The notes beneath the pieces were generated by a model. It did not search any database. It saw nothing but the letters and a program-made list of their open reading frames with translations, and was not told the DNA's origin. 64,000 nt of DNA, taken from the NCBI GenBank assembly GCA_041391385.1, contig JAWKOD010000006.1, forward strand, positions 67,668 through 131,667, given 5' to 3'. This document shows, piece by piece, positions 35,800-48,081 of the stretch; position 1 is the stretch's first letter; the number at the start of each line of letters is the position of its first letter. Position numbers and translations under genes: made by a program. The stretch comes from Bdellovibrionota bacterium. GTDB lineage: Bacteria > Bdellovibrionota > UBA2428.

Positions 35800-36531
35800 A
35801 TGGATTGGAATCAAGAAGACAAAGAAGCAGAAGTAACAACTGCGGTAGAGACTGTGGAAAGCACAGACGCTGTTGAGACAACTGCTGCTGTTGAAACTGC
35901 AGCAGAAGTAACGGATGAGCCTAAGGCGTCTAAAGATACAGCCGAAGCTACTGAAGATGCTTCTGAAGGAACTCAGCCTACTCGAAAGAAGAGCACACGT
36001 GAGGATCTTAAGTGGTACATTGTTCATGCTCAGACAAGTTTTGAAGCAAGAGCTCTATCTTCTCTTGAAGAAGCCGTAGTGCGAGCTAAAAAAGAAGATG
36101 AGTTTGGAGAAATCCTTATTCCAGTTGAATCTGTAATTGAGCTTGTTAAGGGCCAAAAGAAATCTACTGAACGTAAGTTTTTTCCTGGATACATGCTCGT
36201 TCAAATGATTTTGACTGATGAAAACTGGCATTTAGTAAAATCTACTCCCAGAATCACTGGGTTCGTAGGAAACGCTCGTAAGCCCCCAGCTATCCCTCCA
36301 AGGGAAGTAGAGCGCATTATGGGGCAAATGATTGAAGGAAGACAACAGGCTAAGCCCAAATATACCTTTAAAGAAGGAGATAACGTTCGGGTTATCGATG
36401 GGCCGTTCTCTAACTTCAATGGAACAGTAGAAGAAGTTAAACCTGAAAAATCTAAGCTTAGGGTACTTGTTTCGATCTTTGGTCGTGCTACACCTGTGGA
36501 GCTAGATTTCATTCAGGTCGAAAAGACTTAA
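35800..36531 (+). CDS. nusG: Transcription termination/antitermination factor NusG with a ~65-aa acidic N-terminal extension
   Basis: The NGN domain begins at [18 protein letters not shown] motif [24 protein letters not shown]. The N-terminus is a T/A/V/E repeat (AVET x4). Confidence 0.95.
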   Translation: MDWNQEDKEAEVTTAVETVESTDAVETTAAVETAAEVTDEPKASKDTAEATEDASEGTQPTRKKSTREDLKWYIVHAQTSFEARALSSLEEAVVRAKKEDEFGEILIPVESVIELVKGQKKSTERKFFPGYMLVQMILTDENWHLVKSTPRITGFVGNARKPPAIPPREVERIMGQMIEGRQQAKPKYTFKEGDNVRVIDGPFSNFNGTVEEVKPEKSKLRVLVSIFGRATPVELDFIQVEKT

Positions 36532-36614
36532 AAAAGTCAACGGATCTGAATGGATCTTAAAACTTGGGAGATCCTGGAATGGTTCTGGGATCGTTAGGAC
36601 TAGGAGATATATAG

Positions 36615-37042
36615 ATGGCAAAAAAAGTCACTGGATTTATTAAGCTTCAAATTCCGGCCGGAAAGGCAAACCCTGCTCCACCCGTAGGACCAGCACTTGG
36701 TCAACACGGCGTGAACATCATGGAGTTTTGCAAACAGTTTAATGCGCGCACGCAAGCGCAAGCTGCTGAAGGTCTGATCAGACCAATCGTAATATCGGTG
36801 TACTCTGATAAGAGTTTTACTTTTATTACAAAAACCCCACCTGTAGCTGTGCTTCTTTTGAAAGCAGCAAAATTACAGAGCGGGTCTGGCGTTCCAAATA
36901 AAAATAAAGTTGGAAAAGTCAAAATGGATGACGTGAAGAAAATTGCGGAAATGAAAATCAAAGACATGAACTGTTTCACAGTCGAGTCTGCATGTTCAAG
37001 TAATAGGCACCGCCCGCTCAATGGGAATTGGAGGTAATTTAA
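36615..37042 (+). pseudogene. rplK: 50S ribosomal protein L11, with the 3' end frame-shifted as given
   Basis: Residues 1-123 are canonical ([22 protein letters not shown]). After ...FTVESA the conserved IGTARSMGI lies in the +1 frame, and the natural end ...LEVI* (stop 37040-37042) lies in a third frame. The listed ORF ends with unrelated residues at 37037. Confidence 0.85.
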
Positions 37043-37043
37043 T

Positions 37044-37729
37044 ATGGCAAAAGATACAAAGAAAATACTTCTCTTTTTGACGAGACAAAAAATACACACT
37101 TGAAGAAGCTTTTTCTATTTTGGAAAAGTTCAAAGGAGCAAAGTTCGACGAAACAGTGAACGTTGCTTTTCGCCTTGGTGTAGATAATAAGCAATCTGAT
37201 CAACAGGTTAGGGTGCAACACCTTCCTGAATGGAACAGGTAAAAAAGTACGCATCGTTGTTTTTGCTAAAGGTGATAAAGCGACTGAAGCTGAAAAAGCG
37301 GGTGCTGACGTAGTTGGTGCTGATGATCTTGTAACCAAAATTAACGGTGGATGGATGGATTTGACAAAAGTGATTGCAACTCCTGACATGATGCCTGTTG
37401 TTTCAAGAGTCGCTAAGGTATTGGGGCCTCGTGGCTTAATGCCAAACCCTAAGACTGGAACAGTTACTGCTAACATTGTTCAGGCTATTGGAGATGAGCG
37501 CAAAGGTAAGGTTGAGTTTAGAGCCGAAAAAGCTGGAATTGTTCATGCCCCTATTGGCAAGAAAAGTTTTGGCAGTGGAAAGCTTCAGCAAAACCTTGTG
37601 GCACTTGCAGAGTCTATTATTAAAGCAAAGCCTGCAACTTCTAAGGGAGCTTACTTAAAATCAATCACTATTGCCCCAACTATGGGACCTGGAATTCGTA
37701 TTGAGACGAACCAGTTCACAGTAGGATAA
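37044..37729 (+). pseudogene. rplA: 50S ribosomal protein L1, interrupted by four 1-nt frameshifts as given
   Basis: ATG 37044 gives [17 protein letters not shown] is in frame -1. [40 protein letters not shown] is in the next frame. GATPS, then [17 protein letters not shown]... to 37729 are in further frames. The breaks fall at the A-run 37047-37050, the A6 run 37087-37092, the G3 run 37211-37213 and CC at 37225-37226. Confidence 0.85.
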
Positions 37730-37757
37730 TGGGTTGGGATAATTAAGGAGATATGTT

Positions 37758-38279
37758 GTGAATAAGCTTCAAAAAACAGAGTTACTCGAAGAACTCAAAG
37801 GTAAATTCGAAAAGGCAAATGCTGCCTTTATTACTGAGTATCGCGGAATGACAGTTGAAAAAATGACTGACCTTCGTCGTAAAATTTACGATTCCAAAGG
37901 CGAACTCAAAGTTATTCAAAATCGCATCGCGAAGCTTGCAGCTAAGGGCACAAGCTTTGAAGGAATTTCGGAACAGTTTAAAGGACCTTTAGCTGTTGCG
38001 TTTTCTTACGATGATCCTGTCGGAATTGCGAAAGCAGTTCTTGAGCAGGTTAAGGAAGATAGCCCTTTCCAAGTAAAACTAGGTTGTTTGAACGGAAAGT
38101 CTATGACAACGGATGAGGTGAAGGCACTTTCTAAATTGCCTGATCGTCAGACGTTACTAGGAATATTTGCAGGAACGCTTGCCGCGCCACTGCGTAACTT
38201 TATGGGCGTAATGAGCGCTGTGCCACGCAATTATGTCAATGTACTCGTGGCAGTAAAAGACCAAAAAGAAAAGGCTTAA
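37758..38279 (+). CDS. rplJ: 50S ribosomal protein L10
   Basis: 173 aa. GTG start 7 nt after AAGGAG. Operon position and L10 blocks ([16 protein letters not shown]). Confidence 0.93.
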   Translation: MNKLQKTELLEELKGKFEKANAAFITEYRGMTVEKMTDLRRKIYDSKGELKVIQNRIAKLAAKGTSFEGISEQFKGPLAVAFSYDDPVGIAKAVLEQVKEDSPFQVKLGCLNGKSMTTDEVKALSKLPDRQTLLGIFAGTLAAPLRNFMGVMSAVPRNYVNVLVAVKDQKEKA

Positions 38280-38319
38280 AAGATTTGATTTAAAGTCAAA
38301 TTATAGAAGAGAGGAACTT

Positions 38320-38694
38320 ATGAGCATGACCCAAGAACAAATTATCGAATCCGTAGCAACAATGTCCGTTTTAGAACTTTCCGAACTTATCAAAAAGTTT
38401 GAAGAGAAATTCGGAGTTTCTGCTGCTGCACCTGTAGCAGTTATGGCTGGTGGAGCTGCTCCTGCAGCTGCTGCTGAAGAAAAAACTGAATTTAACGTAG
38501 TCCTTACTGATGGCGGAGCTAGCAAGATCAATGTGATCAAAGAAGTTCGTGCTATCACTGGACTTGGCTTGAAAGAAGCGAAAGACCTTGTAGAAGGCGC
38601 TCCTAAAGCTATTAAAGAAGGTGTTTCTAAAGCCGAAGCTGAAACAATGAAAAAACAGCTTGAAGCTGCTGGCGCAAAAGTAGAGATCAAATAG
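38320..38694 (+). CDS. rplL: 50S ribosomal protein L7/L12
   Basis: 124 aa. Ala-rich hinge and C-terminal domain [28 protein letters not shown]. Confidence 0.97.
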   Translation: MSMTQEQIIESVATMSVLELSELIKKFEEKFGVSAAAPVAVMAGGAAPAAAAEEKTEFNVVLTDGGASKINVIKEVRAITGLGLKEAKDLVEGAPKAIKEGVSKAEAETMKKQLEAAGAKVEIK

Positions 38695-38736
38695 TAAAGA
38701 CTGGGCGAGAAAAAACGCTTGAGTTTGATAATAAAT

Positions 38737-38779
38737 GACCTGCTCGTGGAAAACATGAGTGGGTCTTTAAAATGTTTTC
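38737..38779 (+). terminator. Candidate rplL-rpoB attenuator hairpin
   Basis: GACCTGCTCGT/GGAAAAC/ACATGAGTGGGTC forms an 11-bp stem with 3 G-U pairs, followed by TTTAAAATGTTTT. The location matches the known partial terminator between rplL and rpoB. Confidence 0.35.
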
Positions 38780-38911
38780 GTAATTTAGGATTTTTTACAA
38801 ACTTGCATGGCCTTTTTGCCGGCTTGAGGAGTATACGCTCAGCGAATACGAGTCGAGGCGGTGAAGAGCTTTGCATGCGCGTTTCTAAAGAGGTCCGAAA
38901 GGTTTAGATAG

Positions 38912-41900
38912 ATGGCGATCAGGGAATCATTTGAAAATGTTAAAAGAGTAAGAAAAAGTTTTGCAAAAATTACTTCCCCCATAGAAACACCTAATTTGGT
39001 AGATATTCAGAAGAAATCGTTTGAGCAATTTCTTCAGGCGAATGTTCAGGCTGAAAAAAGAAAGAACGTTGGTCTTCAGGGTGTTTTTAAGTCAATTTTT
39101 CCAATAAACGATTTCAACAACACATGTTCGTTGGAATTTGTTTCTTATTCTATTGAAAAACCCAAGTACGACGTAGATGAATGTCGATTGAGAGGGATGA
39201 CCTTTGCGGCTCCTATTAAAATCACAGTTCGCTTAGTTGTTTGGGAGAAGGATGAGTCTACTGAAAGTCGCTCTATCCGCGATGTAAAAGAGCAAGAAGT
39301 GTATATGGGTGAAATTCCACTCATGACAGACACGGGCGCTTTTATCATCAACGGTACTGAGCGAGTTGTCGTTTCTCAGCTTCACCGTTCACCCGGTGTG
39401 TTTTTCGACCATGATGGTGGATTAACTCACTCAAGCGGAAAATTACTATTTTCTGCAAGGGTGATTCCTTATCGTGGATCATGGCTCGATTTCGAGTTTG
39501 ATCCAAAAGACTTCCTCTTTGTTCGTATCGATAGAAGAAGAAAACTTCCGGTAACCGCTCTCCTTAAAGCTCTTGATATGAGCAATACAGATATTCTTTC
39601 AAACTTTTATGACGTTGAAGATATTCAACAAATTGGAGTTGGAGAATTTGTTCGTTCATTAAACCCTGACTACTTGTTGGGTTCTAGAGCTTATGTCGAC
39701 ATTACAGATCCTAAAACAGGAGACGTTATCATCAAGAAAAGCCGTAAGTTTACACGTGCTATTCTTGCTGAATTTGAAAAACGTAAAATTAAAACTATTC
39801 CTCTCACTGAGGAAGAGTTAACCACTGAATTGTGGTCGAAGATGTTGCTCATCCTAAAACGGGTGAGATTCTTCTCGAGTCCAATCAGGTGATGGATGCT
39901 AAAGCCATTGAGCTTCTTACAGAAGCTGGTACTAAAACAGTGAAAGCGGTCTTTATTGACGGCGGTACTGTTTGTGCTTCTCTTCGCGAGTCTTTGTTGT
40001 TCGATAAGATTAACAGTCGCGAAGAAGCCTTGATTGATATCTTTAAAAGAATGCGTCCGGGTGATCCACCCACATTAGAGAGTGCACAGAATCTTTTTAA
40101 CGATCTCTTTTTCAATGAAGCTCGTTATGATCTTTCTAAAGTAGGTCGATTAAAGATCAATCATAAATTTAACTTTAAAGATATTCCGTTCGACAAAACT
40201 ATTCTTACTAAAGAAGACATTGTTGCAACGGTTCGTCACCTTCTTGATCTTAAGAACGGTAAAGGAATGGTCGATGACATTGACCATTTAGGAAACCGTC
40301 GTGTGAGATCTGTTGGTGAATTATTAGAAAACCAATATAGAATTGGTTTGGTACGTATGGAGCGTGCAGTTCGTGAACGTATGAGCCTTCAAGAGATTGA
40401 AACTCAAATGCCTCATGACCTTGTAAACGCTAAGCCCGTAAACGCGATTGTTAAGGAGTTCTTCGGATCTTCTCAACTTTCTCAGTTTATGGAACAGACC
40501 AACCCACTTTCTGAAATTACACACAAACGTCGTCTCTCTGCGCTTGGGCCTGGTGGTCTAACGCGTGAAAGAGCAGGCTTCGAAGTTCGTGACGTACACC
40601 AAACACACTATGGTCGTATTTGTCCGATTGAGACTCCTGAAGGACCAAACATTGGTTTGATCTCTTCACTTTCAACTTTTGCTAAAGTGAATGACTACGG
40701 ATTCGTAGAAACACCTTATAGAAAAGTAACGGATAAAAAAGTAAGCGACGAAGTGACTTATTTCTCTGCTCTTGAGGAAGAAGGACACACAATTGCTCAG
40801 GCAAACGTACCTATTGATGACAAAGGTATGATTTCAGAAGAGTTTACTGAGGTTCGTCGTAATGGTGAGCCGACTCTTACTAAATCAGACGAAGTTGACT
40901 TGATGGACGTAAGTCCTAACCAACTTGTTTCTGTTGCGGCTTCATTGATTCCCTTTCTAGAGAACGATGATGCAAACAGAAGTTTGATGGGTTCAAACAT
41001 GCAACGTCAAGCGGTGCCTGTTTTGATTCCCCAGACTCCACTTGTAGGTACAGGTGTTGAGCGTGTTGTTGCTGCTGATTCAGGAGTAACAGTTGTTGCT
41101 AAGTCTGACGGTATTGTTGAGGCAGTTGATGCTTCTCGTATTGTTGTAAGAACTGAAGGTAAGAAAAAAGATGGTAGTGGAGCTGAGGTTGATATTTACA
41201 ACCTGACTAAATACCGTCGCTCAAACCAGAATACATGTATTAACCAAAGACCGATTGTTAAAAACGGCGACCGCGTTTCTAAGGGTGAGGTTATTGCCGA
41301 CGGTCCTGCAACTGACCTTGGTGAGTTGTCTCTTGGACAAAACATTCTCGTGGCTTTCATGCCTTGGGGTGGTTACAACTTCGAGGATTCAATCCTTATT
41401 TCAGAAGGTCTTTTAAAAGAAGACGTATTTACATCAATACACATTGAAGAAATGGAATGTATTGCGCGTGATACGAAACTTGGAAAAGAAGAAATTACTC
41501 GCGACATTCCAAACGTTGGTGAAGAGGCTCTTCGTAACCTTGACGCAACCGGGATTATTCGTATCGGAGCTGAAGTAACTCCAGGTGATATCCTTGTTGG
41601 AAAAATTACACCTAAAGGTGAGACTCAACTTTCTCCTGAAGAAAAACTCTTGAGAGCAATCTTCGGTGAAAAAGCGGGTGACGTTAGAGATAGTTCTCTG
41701 CGCGTACCCCCTGGAGTTTATGGAACAATCATTCAAGCGAATATCTTCAGTCGTGAAGGTATCGATAAAGATGAGCGTTATCAGCAGATTGTTCGAGATG
41801 AAGAAGAGAGACTTCTTAAAGATCAAGCAATTGAAATCTCGATCATTCGTCAGGCAACTTTGAAAAAAGTTAAAAAACTTCTTATCGGTAAAGAAACCGG

Positions 41901-43023
41901 TGGCAAGTTATTGTCTGAAGATGGTGAAGTTGAGCTTCTTAAAAAAGGTCTCAAACTCGCTTCTGAAGATATAGACAACGTTCCTTTTAACCTTGTTCGT
42001 CACATACCCGTAGACGAGAAGTCTGAAGAAGAACTCAATAGAATTATGGATTCCGTTGAAGAGCAAATGGATTTGATCCGTATTGTTTTCAACGAAAGAA
42101 TTGGAAAACTTAAAAAAGGTGACGAGCTTCCTCCAGGCGTTATCAAGATGGTTAAAGTTGCGATTGCTATCAAACGTAAAATCTCCATCGGAGATAAAAT
42201 GGCGGGACGTCACGGAAACAAAGGGGTTATCTCAAAAATTAACCCGATAGAAGATATGCCTTACATGGCAGATGGAACTCCTGTGGATATCGTATTGAAC
42301 CCACTTGGCGTTCCTTCTCGTATGAACGTAGGTCAAATTCTTGAGACTCACCTTGGGTGGGCTTCTTGGGGACTTGGAAGAAAAATTCAAGACATGTTGG
42401 ATGGTCATAAGTTTGAAGATGTACGAGCTTTCTTGAAGAAAATTTTCATAAGCCCTTCACTTCAAAAGTATGTAGATGAAGCCAGCAACGATGAAATTAA
42501 GCGAATTGCATATAGCTACCGTCGCGGAGTGCCTATGGCCTCTGCAGTGTTTGACCGTGCAAGTGAAGACGATATCCATAAAATGTTAGACCTCGCGGGC
42601 TTGCCTCGAAGTGGTCAAACGACATTGTTTGATGGAAGAACGGGTGAGCCGTTTGACCATGAAGTAACAGTTGGAATTATGTACGTTCTTAAACTTCACC
42701 ACCTTGTTGAGGATAAGATCCACGCAAGGAGTATCGGACCTTACAGTCTTGTGACTCAACAGCCTTTGGGCGGTAAAGCGCAATTCGGAGGTCAGCGTCT
42801 CGGAGAGATGGAAGTGTGGGCACTCGAAGCTTACGGTTCTGCTTTTGGTCTTCAAGAGATGTTAACTGTTAAGTCGGATGACGTTGCCGGTCGTACACGT
42901 ATGTATGAAGCAATCGTTAAAGGTGAAAACATTCTAGAGCCAGGTATGCCTGAGTCGTTTAACGTACTTATGCACGAACTTAAAGCGCTCTACTTGAACT
43001 GTGAATTGCAGGAGAGGGTATAG
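38912..43023 (+). pseudogene. rpoB: DNA-directed RNA polymerase beta subunit, with one frameshift near 39830 as given
   Basis: ORF 38912..39892 carries the N-terminal 306 conserved residues. ORF 39832..43023 continues with [14 protein letters not shown]... The frames can only join between 39829 and 39835 (GAATTGTGG). The combined length of ~1370 aa is normal. Confidence 0.93.
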
Positions 43024-46000
43024 ATGAAAGATTTATTAAACTTTTTCGATAAGCCCACGGATCCTATTCGTTACGGCTCAGTAAAAATCAGTCTCGCTAA
43101 TCCCGAGATGGTTTTGAACTGGTCGCATGGAGAGGTGAAGAAGCCCGAAACTATTAACTACCGTACATTTAAACCTGAAAAAGATGGTTTGTTCTGTGCA
43201 AAAATCTTTGGACCTATCAAAGATTATGAATGTTTGTGCGGAAAATATAAGCGTATGAAGTATCGCGGTGTCGTTTGTGAAAAGTGTGGCGTTGAAGTTA
43301 CACAAAGCAAAGTTCGTCGTGAACGGATGGGTCATATCCATCTCGTTACTCCCGTAGCGCATGTATGGTTCTTGCGCTCTTTGCCTTCTCGTATCGGTCT
43401 TGTATTAAATATTACTCTTAAAGAACTTGAGAGAGTTCTTTACTGTGAGTCGTATATTGTAACTGACCCTATGGCGACGGAGCTAAAGACGGCACAAATT
43501 TTAAGTGAAGATTTGTACCAAGAAGCTCTTGAGAAATTTGGTGAAGATTCATTTAAAGCGGGAATGGGCGGCGAAGCAGTTAGAGAACTTCATCGTAAAG
43601 CAGATATCCTTAAATTAGGTGATGAGATTCGCAAGGACCTTGAAGTTTGTGAAAGTGATGCTGTTCGTAAGAAATTAGCAAAACGTCTTAAGGTTGTAGA
43701 AGACTTTAGGGAATCAGGCCAAAACCCTGAGCAAATGATGATGGAAGTTATTCCTGTACTTCCTCCTGATTTGCGTCCACTTGTGCCTCTCGATGGCGGT
43801 CGTTTCGCAACTTCTGATTTGAACGATCTTTATCGACGAGTCATTAACCGTAACAACCGTTTGAGAAGACTTATGGAGCTTAATGCTCCCGATATCATTA
43901 TCCGAAACGAGAAGCGTATGCTTCAAGAAGCGGTTGACGCTCTCTATGATAATGGTCGTAGAGGAAAAGTCTTCACTGGACCTAACAAACGTCCATTGAG
44001 ATCACTTTCAGATACACTAAAAGGTAAGAGTGGTCGTTTCCGTCAAAACTTATTAGGAAAACGTGTCGATTATTCAGGTCGTTCTGTAATTGTTGCGGGT
44101 CCTGAATTGAAACTCCATCAGTGTGGACTTCCTAAGAAAATGGCCCTCGAACTCTTTAAGCCGTTTATTTATAATAAGCTTGAAGAAAAAGGTTTTGTAA
44201 CAACTATTAAATCTGCCAAGAAAATGGTGGAAAAAGAAAAAGACGAAGTTTGGGATATTCTTGCGGACGTGGTTCGTGAGCATCCAGTACTTCTTAACCG
44301 TGCACCAACGCTTCACCGCTTAGGTATTCAAGCATTTGAACCTGTACTTGTAGAAGGTAAGGCGATTCAGCTTCACCCTCTTGTATGTGCAGCTTTTAAC
44401 GCCGACTTTGACGGTGACCAAATGGCTGTGCACGTTCCACTCTCTGTGGAAGCTCAACTTGAAGCTCGCGTATTGATGATGTCTACCAACAACATCTTGA
44501 AGCCTGCTGACGGTAAACCAATTATTATGCCTTCACACGATATTGTGTTGGGTCTTTATTATCTCACTCGTATGCGTCCTGGAGCCCCCGGTACCGGCAG
44601 AATCTTTAAAGATCGCGCTGAAATCAAAATGGCTTACGATCTAGGCGAAGTAGATGTTCAAGCTAAAGTTCATTGCCGAGTACAAGGCAAAAGAGTTGAA
44701 ACGACTGTAGGTCGTGTTCTTTTCTCTGAAATTGTTCCCGATGATATTGCTTTCGAACATTACAACAAAACAATGGCTAAAAAAGATTTAGCTGAATTGC
44801 TAGACTTTGCTTATCGTCAAACAGGCCCTAAGCGTACCGTTCTTTTGGCTGACTCAATGAGAAGTCTTGGTTACCAGTTTGGTACTAAGGGCGGAATTTC
44901 TATCGCCATGAAGGATATGGAAATTCCTGCTACGAAAACAGCTTCTATTGATAAAGCTTTTGTAGAAGTTCAAACGATTGATAATCAATACGTAGAAGGT
45001 CTCATCACTGATGGTGAGCGCTATAACAAAGTTATCGATATCTGGGCTCAAGTTTCTGAATCAATTGCATCAGACATGATGAAGAACTTATCGAAAGATA
45101 AGTTAACTCTTCCAAGTGGAGAAGTTATTGAAACCCAAAGTTTCAATCCTATTTACGTCATGGCAGATAGTGGAGCTAGGGGTTCACCCGCTCAGATTAA
45201 ACAGTTGGCTGGTATGCGTGGCTTGATGGCAAAACCATCTGGCGAAATTATCGAGACGCCCATTACGGCAAACTTCCGTGAAGGATTAACAGTACTTCAG
45301 TACTTTATCTCTACACACGGTGCTCGTAAGGGTCTTGCGGATACAGCTCTTAAAACAGCTAATTCTGGATACCTCACACGACGTCTTGTTGACGTTGCTC
45401 AAGATGCAGTTGTTACTGAACACGACTGTGGTTCTGATGACGGTATTGTTATTTCTGAAGCACAACAAAGTAACGAATTAGCAGAAGCACTCGGCGAAGC
45501 TATTTTGGGTCGAGTTGTGTTGAGAGACATTATGCACCCAAGCTCAGGGCAAATTCTTGTTAAAAAAGGAGTTATGCTTGATGAGGGATTGGTAAGTCTC
45601 GTTGAAGATGCTGGCGTTGATAAAGTTGAAATTCGATCTGTTCTTACATGTAAAGCTAAACGCGGTATTTGTGCTCACTGCTACGGTCGTGACCTAGCTC
45701 GTGGACATATGGTGAATATCGGTGAAGCAGTTGGTGTAATTGCAGCTCAATCAATTGGTGAGCCTGGAACTCAGTTAACAATGAGAACTTTCCACATCGG
45801 TGGTGCGGCAACTCGTCGTGCAGAGCAAAGTTCAATTGAAGCGCGTTTCGAGGGTAGCATCAAATTCAACAAAGTTATTTTCATTAAAAACAAAGATGGC
45901 GCTTCGGTTGCTATGAACCGTAACGGAGAAATTATTCTTTTGGATGATTCTGGTCGTGAGCGTGATCGTCAGAGAGTTATCTACGGATCAAAAACTAAAC

Positions 46001-47169
46001 TTAAAGATGGAGCTACTTTCAAAAAAGGTGACATCCTTCTTGAGTGGGATCCGTACTCCATTCCTATCTTAACGGACAAGTTGGGAACAACTCGTTTCGT
46101 GGATATGAAAGACGGGGTTACCGTTGCTGAAAAGCAAGACGAAGTAACGGGTTTAACTCGTCGGACTATTATTGATCCGAAGAGTGCAAGTTTGCGTCCT
46201 CGTATCGAGATCGAAGCAGATGGACAAGTTCTTTCTACATTTACAGTACCTGTGGGATCACTCGTACAGGTAAGTGATGGAGAGTTGGTTCAAGCTGGTG
46301 ACGTCTTAGCTAAGATTCCAAGAGAGTCTGAAAAAACAAAAGATATCACGGGTGGTCTACCGCGTGTTGCAGAGCTTTTTGAAGCTCGTAGACCTAAAGA
46401 CTGTGCGATTATTGCTGAAGTCGACGGTACCGTGGCATTTGGAAAAGATTCCAAAGGTAAGCGTAAAGTTCTTCTTAACCCAGCTGAAGGCGTTGGTGGG
46501 GAGCCAAGAGAATATCTTGTTCCCAAAGGTAAGCACGTTATTGTTCAAGAGGGTGACCTTTTGCAACGTGGTGAGCGTATCGTAGACGGAGCGGCTAACC
46601 CGCACGACATTCTTGCGGTTATGGGTGAAAAAGCACTTTCTAAATACCTTGTAGATGAAGTTCAAGAGGTTTACCGCCTTCAAGGTGTGAAGATCAACGA
46701 CAAGCATATTGAGACAATCGTTCGACAAATGCTTCGTCGAGTTCGGGTCACTGAATCTGGGGACACAAGTCTTTTGGTAGGTGAGAGTGTAGATAAAGGC
46801 GTTCTCAAAGAAGTGAATGCAAAAGTTGCAGAAATGAACGGAAAGCCCGCTGTAACTGAACCTTTATTGCTAGGTATTACCCGAGCAAGTCTTTCTACTG
46901 AGTCATGGGTATCTGCAGCGAGCTTCCAGGAGACAACAAAAGTCCTCACAGAAGCTGCTATTGCAGGCCGCGTAGATTATCTCCGTGGCTTAAAAGAGAA
47001 CGTCAGTATGGGTCGTTTGATCCCTGCGGGCACTGGAATCGCTCAATACCAAATGATTCGCCCTGAAATGGACGTAGAAGAGGAAGCTCTTCCAGTGGGT
47101 AGGGCCTATCAAGCGCCTCCTATTGAGGAAACAGAAGATTTTGCAGACCTAAGAAAGGGTGATTCTTAA
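43024..47169 (+). CDS. rpoC: DNA-directed RNA polymerase beta' subunit
   Basis: 1381 aa. Zn finger [23 protein letters not shown] and the [12 protein letters not shown] catalytic motif. The ATG abuts the rpoB stop. Confidence 0.98.
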   Translation: MKDLLNFFDKPTDPIRYGSVKISLANPEMVLNWSHGEVKKPETINYRTFKPEKDGLFCAKIFGPIKDYECLCGKYKRMKYRGVVCEKCGVEVTQSKVRRERMGHIHLVTPVAHVWFLRSLPSRIGLVLNITLKELERVLYCESYIVTDPMATELKTAQILSEDLYQEALEKFGEDSFKAGMGGEAVRELHRKADILKLGDEIRKDLEVCESDAVRKKLAKRLKVVEDFRESGQNPEQMMMEVIPVLPPDLRPLVPLDGGRFATSDLNDLYRRVINRNNRLRRLMELNAPDIIIRNEKRMLQEAVDALYDNGRRGKVFTGPNKRPLRSLSDTLKGKSGRFRQNLLGKRVDYSGRSVIVAGPELKLHQCGLPKKMALELFKPFIYNKLEEKGFVTTIKSAKKMVEKEKDEVWDILADVVREHPVLLNRAPTLHRLGIQAFEPVLVEGKAIQLHPLVCAAFNADFDGDQMAVHVPLSVEAQLEARVLMMSTNNILKPADGKPIIMPSHDIVLGLYYLTRMRPGAPGTGRIFKDRAEIKMAYDLGEVDVQAKVHCRVQGKRVETTVGRVLFSEIVPDDIAFEHYNKTMAKKDLAELLDFAYRQTGPKRTVLLADSMRSLGYQFGTKGGISIAMKDMEIPATKTASIDKAFVEVQTIDNQYVEGLITDGERYNKVIDIWAQVSESIASDMMKNLSKDKLTLPSGEVIETQSFNPIYVMADSGARGSPAQIKQLAGMRGLMAKPSGEIIETPITANFREGLTVLQYFISTHGARKGLADTALKTANSGYLTRRLVDVAQDAVVTEHDCGSDDGIVISEAQQSNELAEALGEAILGRVVLRDIMHPSSGQILVKKGVMLDEGLVSLVEDAGVDKVEIRSVLTCKAKRGICAHCYGRDLARGHMVNIGEAVGVIAAQSIGEPGTQLTMRTFHIGGAATRRAEQSSIEARFEGSIKFNKVIFIKNKDGASVAMNRNGEIILLDDSGRERDRQRVIYGSKTKLKDGATFKKGDILLEWDPYSIPILTDKLGTTRFVDMKDGVTVAEKQDEVTGLTRRTIIDPKSASLRPRIEIEADGQVLSTFTVPVGSLVQVSDGELVQAGDVLAKIPRESEKTKDITGGLPRVAELFEARRPKDCAIIAEVDGTVAFGKDSKGKRKVLLNPAEGVGGEPREYLVPKGKHVIVQEGDLLQRGERIVDGAANPHDILAVMGEKALSKYLVDEVQEVYRLQGVKINDKHIETIVRQMLRRVRVTESGDTSLLVGESVDKGVLKEVNAKVAEMNGKPAVTEPLLLGITRASLSTESWVSAASFQETTKVLTEAAIAGRVDYLRGLKENVSMGRLIPAGTGIAQYQMIRPEMDVEEEALPVGRAYQAPPIEETEDFADLRKGDS

Positions 47170-47235
47170 TGAGAAGCGCCTTGAATCAAGGGTCCTATTA
47201 TATTAGTAATTTACAAACTATCGTGAAAGGATTGT

Positions 47236-47607
47236 ATGCCAACCATTAACCAGCTCGTTCGACATGGCCGTAGCCAAGTGAATTTCAAGTCAAAGTCTCC
47301 TGCTTTGCAGGACTGTCCTCAAAAACGTGGGGTTTGTACCCGTGTTTATACAGCCACTCCAAAGAAGCCTAACTCAGCACTTCGTAAAGTTTGCCGTGTT
47401 AAGTTGACCAATGGTTATGAAGTAACAAGCTACATTCCAGGTGTTGGACACAACCTTCAAGAACACTCAGTTGTTCTAATTCGCGGTGGTCGTGTAAAAG
47501 ACCTTCCCGGTGTTCGTTACCACACTGTTCGTGGAAGCCTTGATACTCAAGGTGTTGCTAACCGCAAACAAAGTCGCTCCAAGTACGGCGCGAAGAAAGC
47601 GAAGTAA
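47236..47607 (+). CDS. rpsL: 30S ribosomal protein S12
   Basis: 123 aa. MPTINQLVR..., [10 protein letters not shown]. Confidence 0.98.
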   Translation: MPTINQLVRHGRSQVNFKSKSPALQDCPQKRGVCTRVYTATPKKPNSALRKVCRVKLTNGYEVTSYIPGVGHNLQEHSVVLIRGGRVKDLPGVRYHTVRGSLDTQGVANRKQSRSKYGAKKAK

Positions 47608-47610
47608 AAA

Positions 47611-48081
47611 ATGGCACGCAGAAGACATGCCGCTAAACGCGTAATCGTTCCTGATCCTAAATTTCATGACAAAGTAGTTGCTAAGTTTATCAACGACTTA
47701 ATGAAAGATGGAAAAAAATCTACCGCTGAAGCTATTTGCTACGGAGCATTTGATGCTCTTCAAGCAAAATTCAACGACGAGCCTGTGAAGCTTTTCAAAA
47801 AAGCGTTGAACAATGTTAAACCTAACGTTGAAGTTCGTTCACGTCGTGTGGGTGGAGCTACTTATCAAGTTCCTATGGAAGTTCGTCCCGAGCGAAAACA
47901 AACTCTCGCAAGTAGATGGATTATTTCTTATGCGAAAGATCGCAACGGAAAAAACATGGTTGAAAAACTTGCTGCTGAATTGATGGACGCTTGTGAAAAC
48001 AAAGGCGGCGCTATTAAAAAACGTGAAGACGTTCATAAGATGGCAGACGCAAACAAAGCCTTCTCTCACTTCAAGTGGTAG
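47611..48081 (+). CDS. rpsG: 30S ribosomal protein S7
   Basis: 156 aa. [20 protein letters not shown]. Confidence 0.98.
   Translation: MARRRHAAKRVIVPDPKFHDKVVAKFINDLMKDGKKSTAEAICYGAFDALQAKFNDEPVKLFKKALNNVKPNVEVRSRRVGGATYQVPMEVRPERKQTLASRWIISYAKDRNGKNMVEKLAAELMDACENKGGAIKKREDVHKMADANKAFSHFKW

Noticed and set aside
37039-38876. Long antisense ORFs 37039..37476 (-, 145 aa) and 38301..38876 (-, 191 aa).
   Set aside because: They lie antisense to rplA and rplL. Their Ala/Ser/Pro-rich composition is typical of reverse-frame reading of highly expressed genes, and they contain no motifs.
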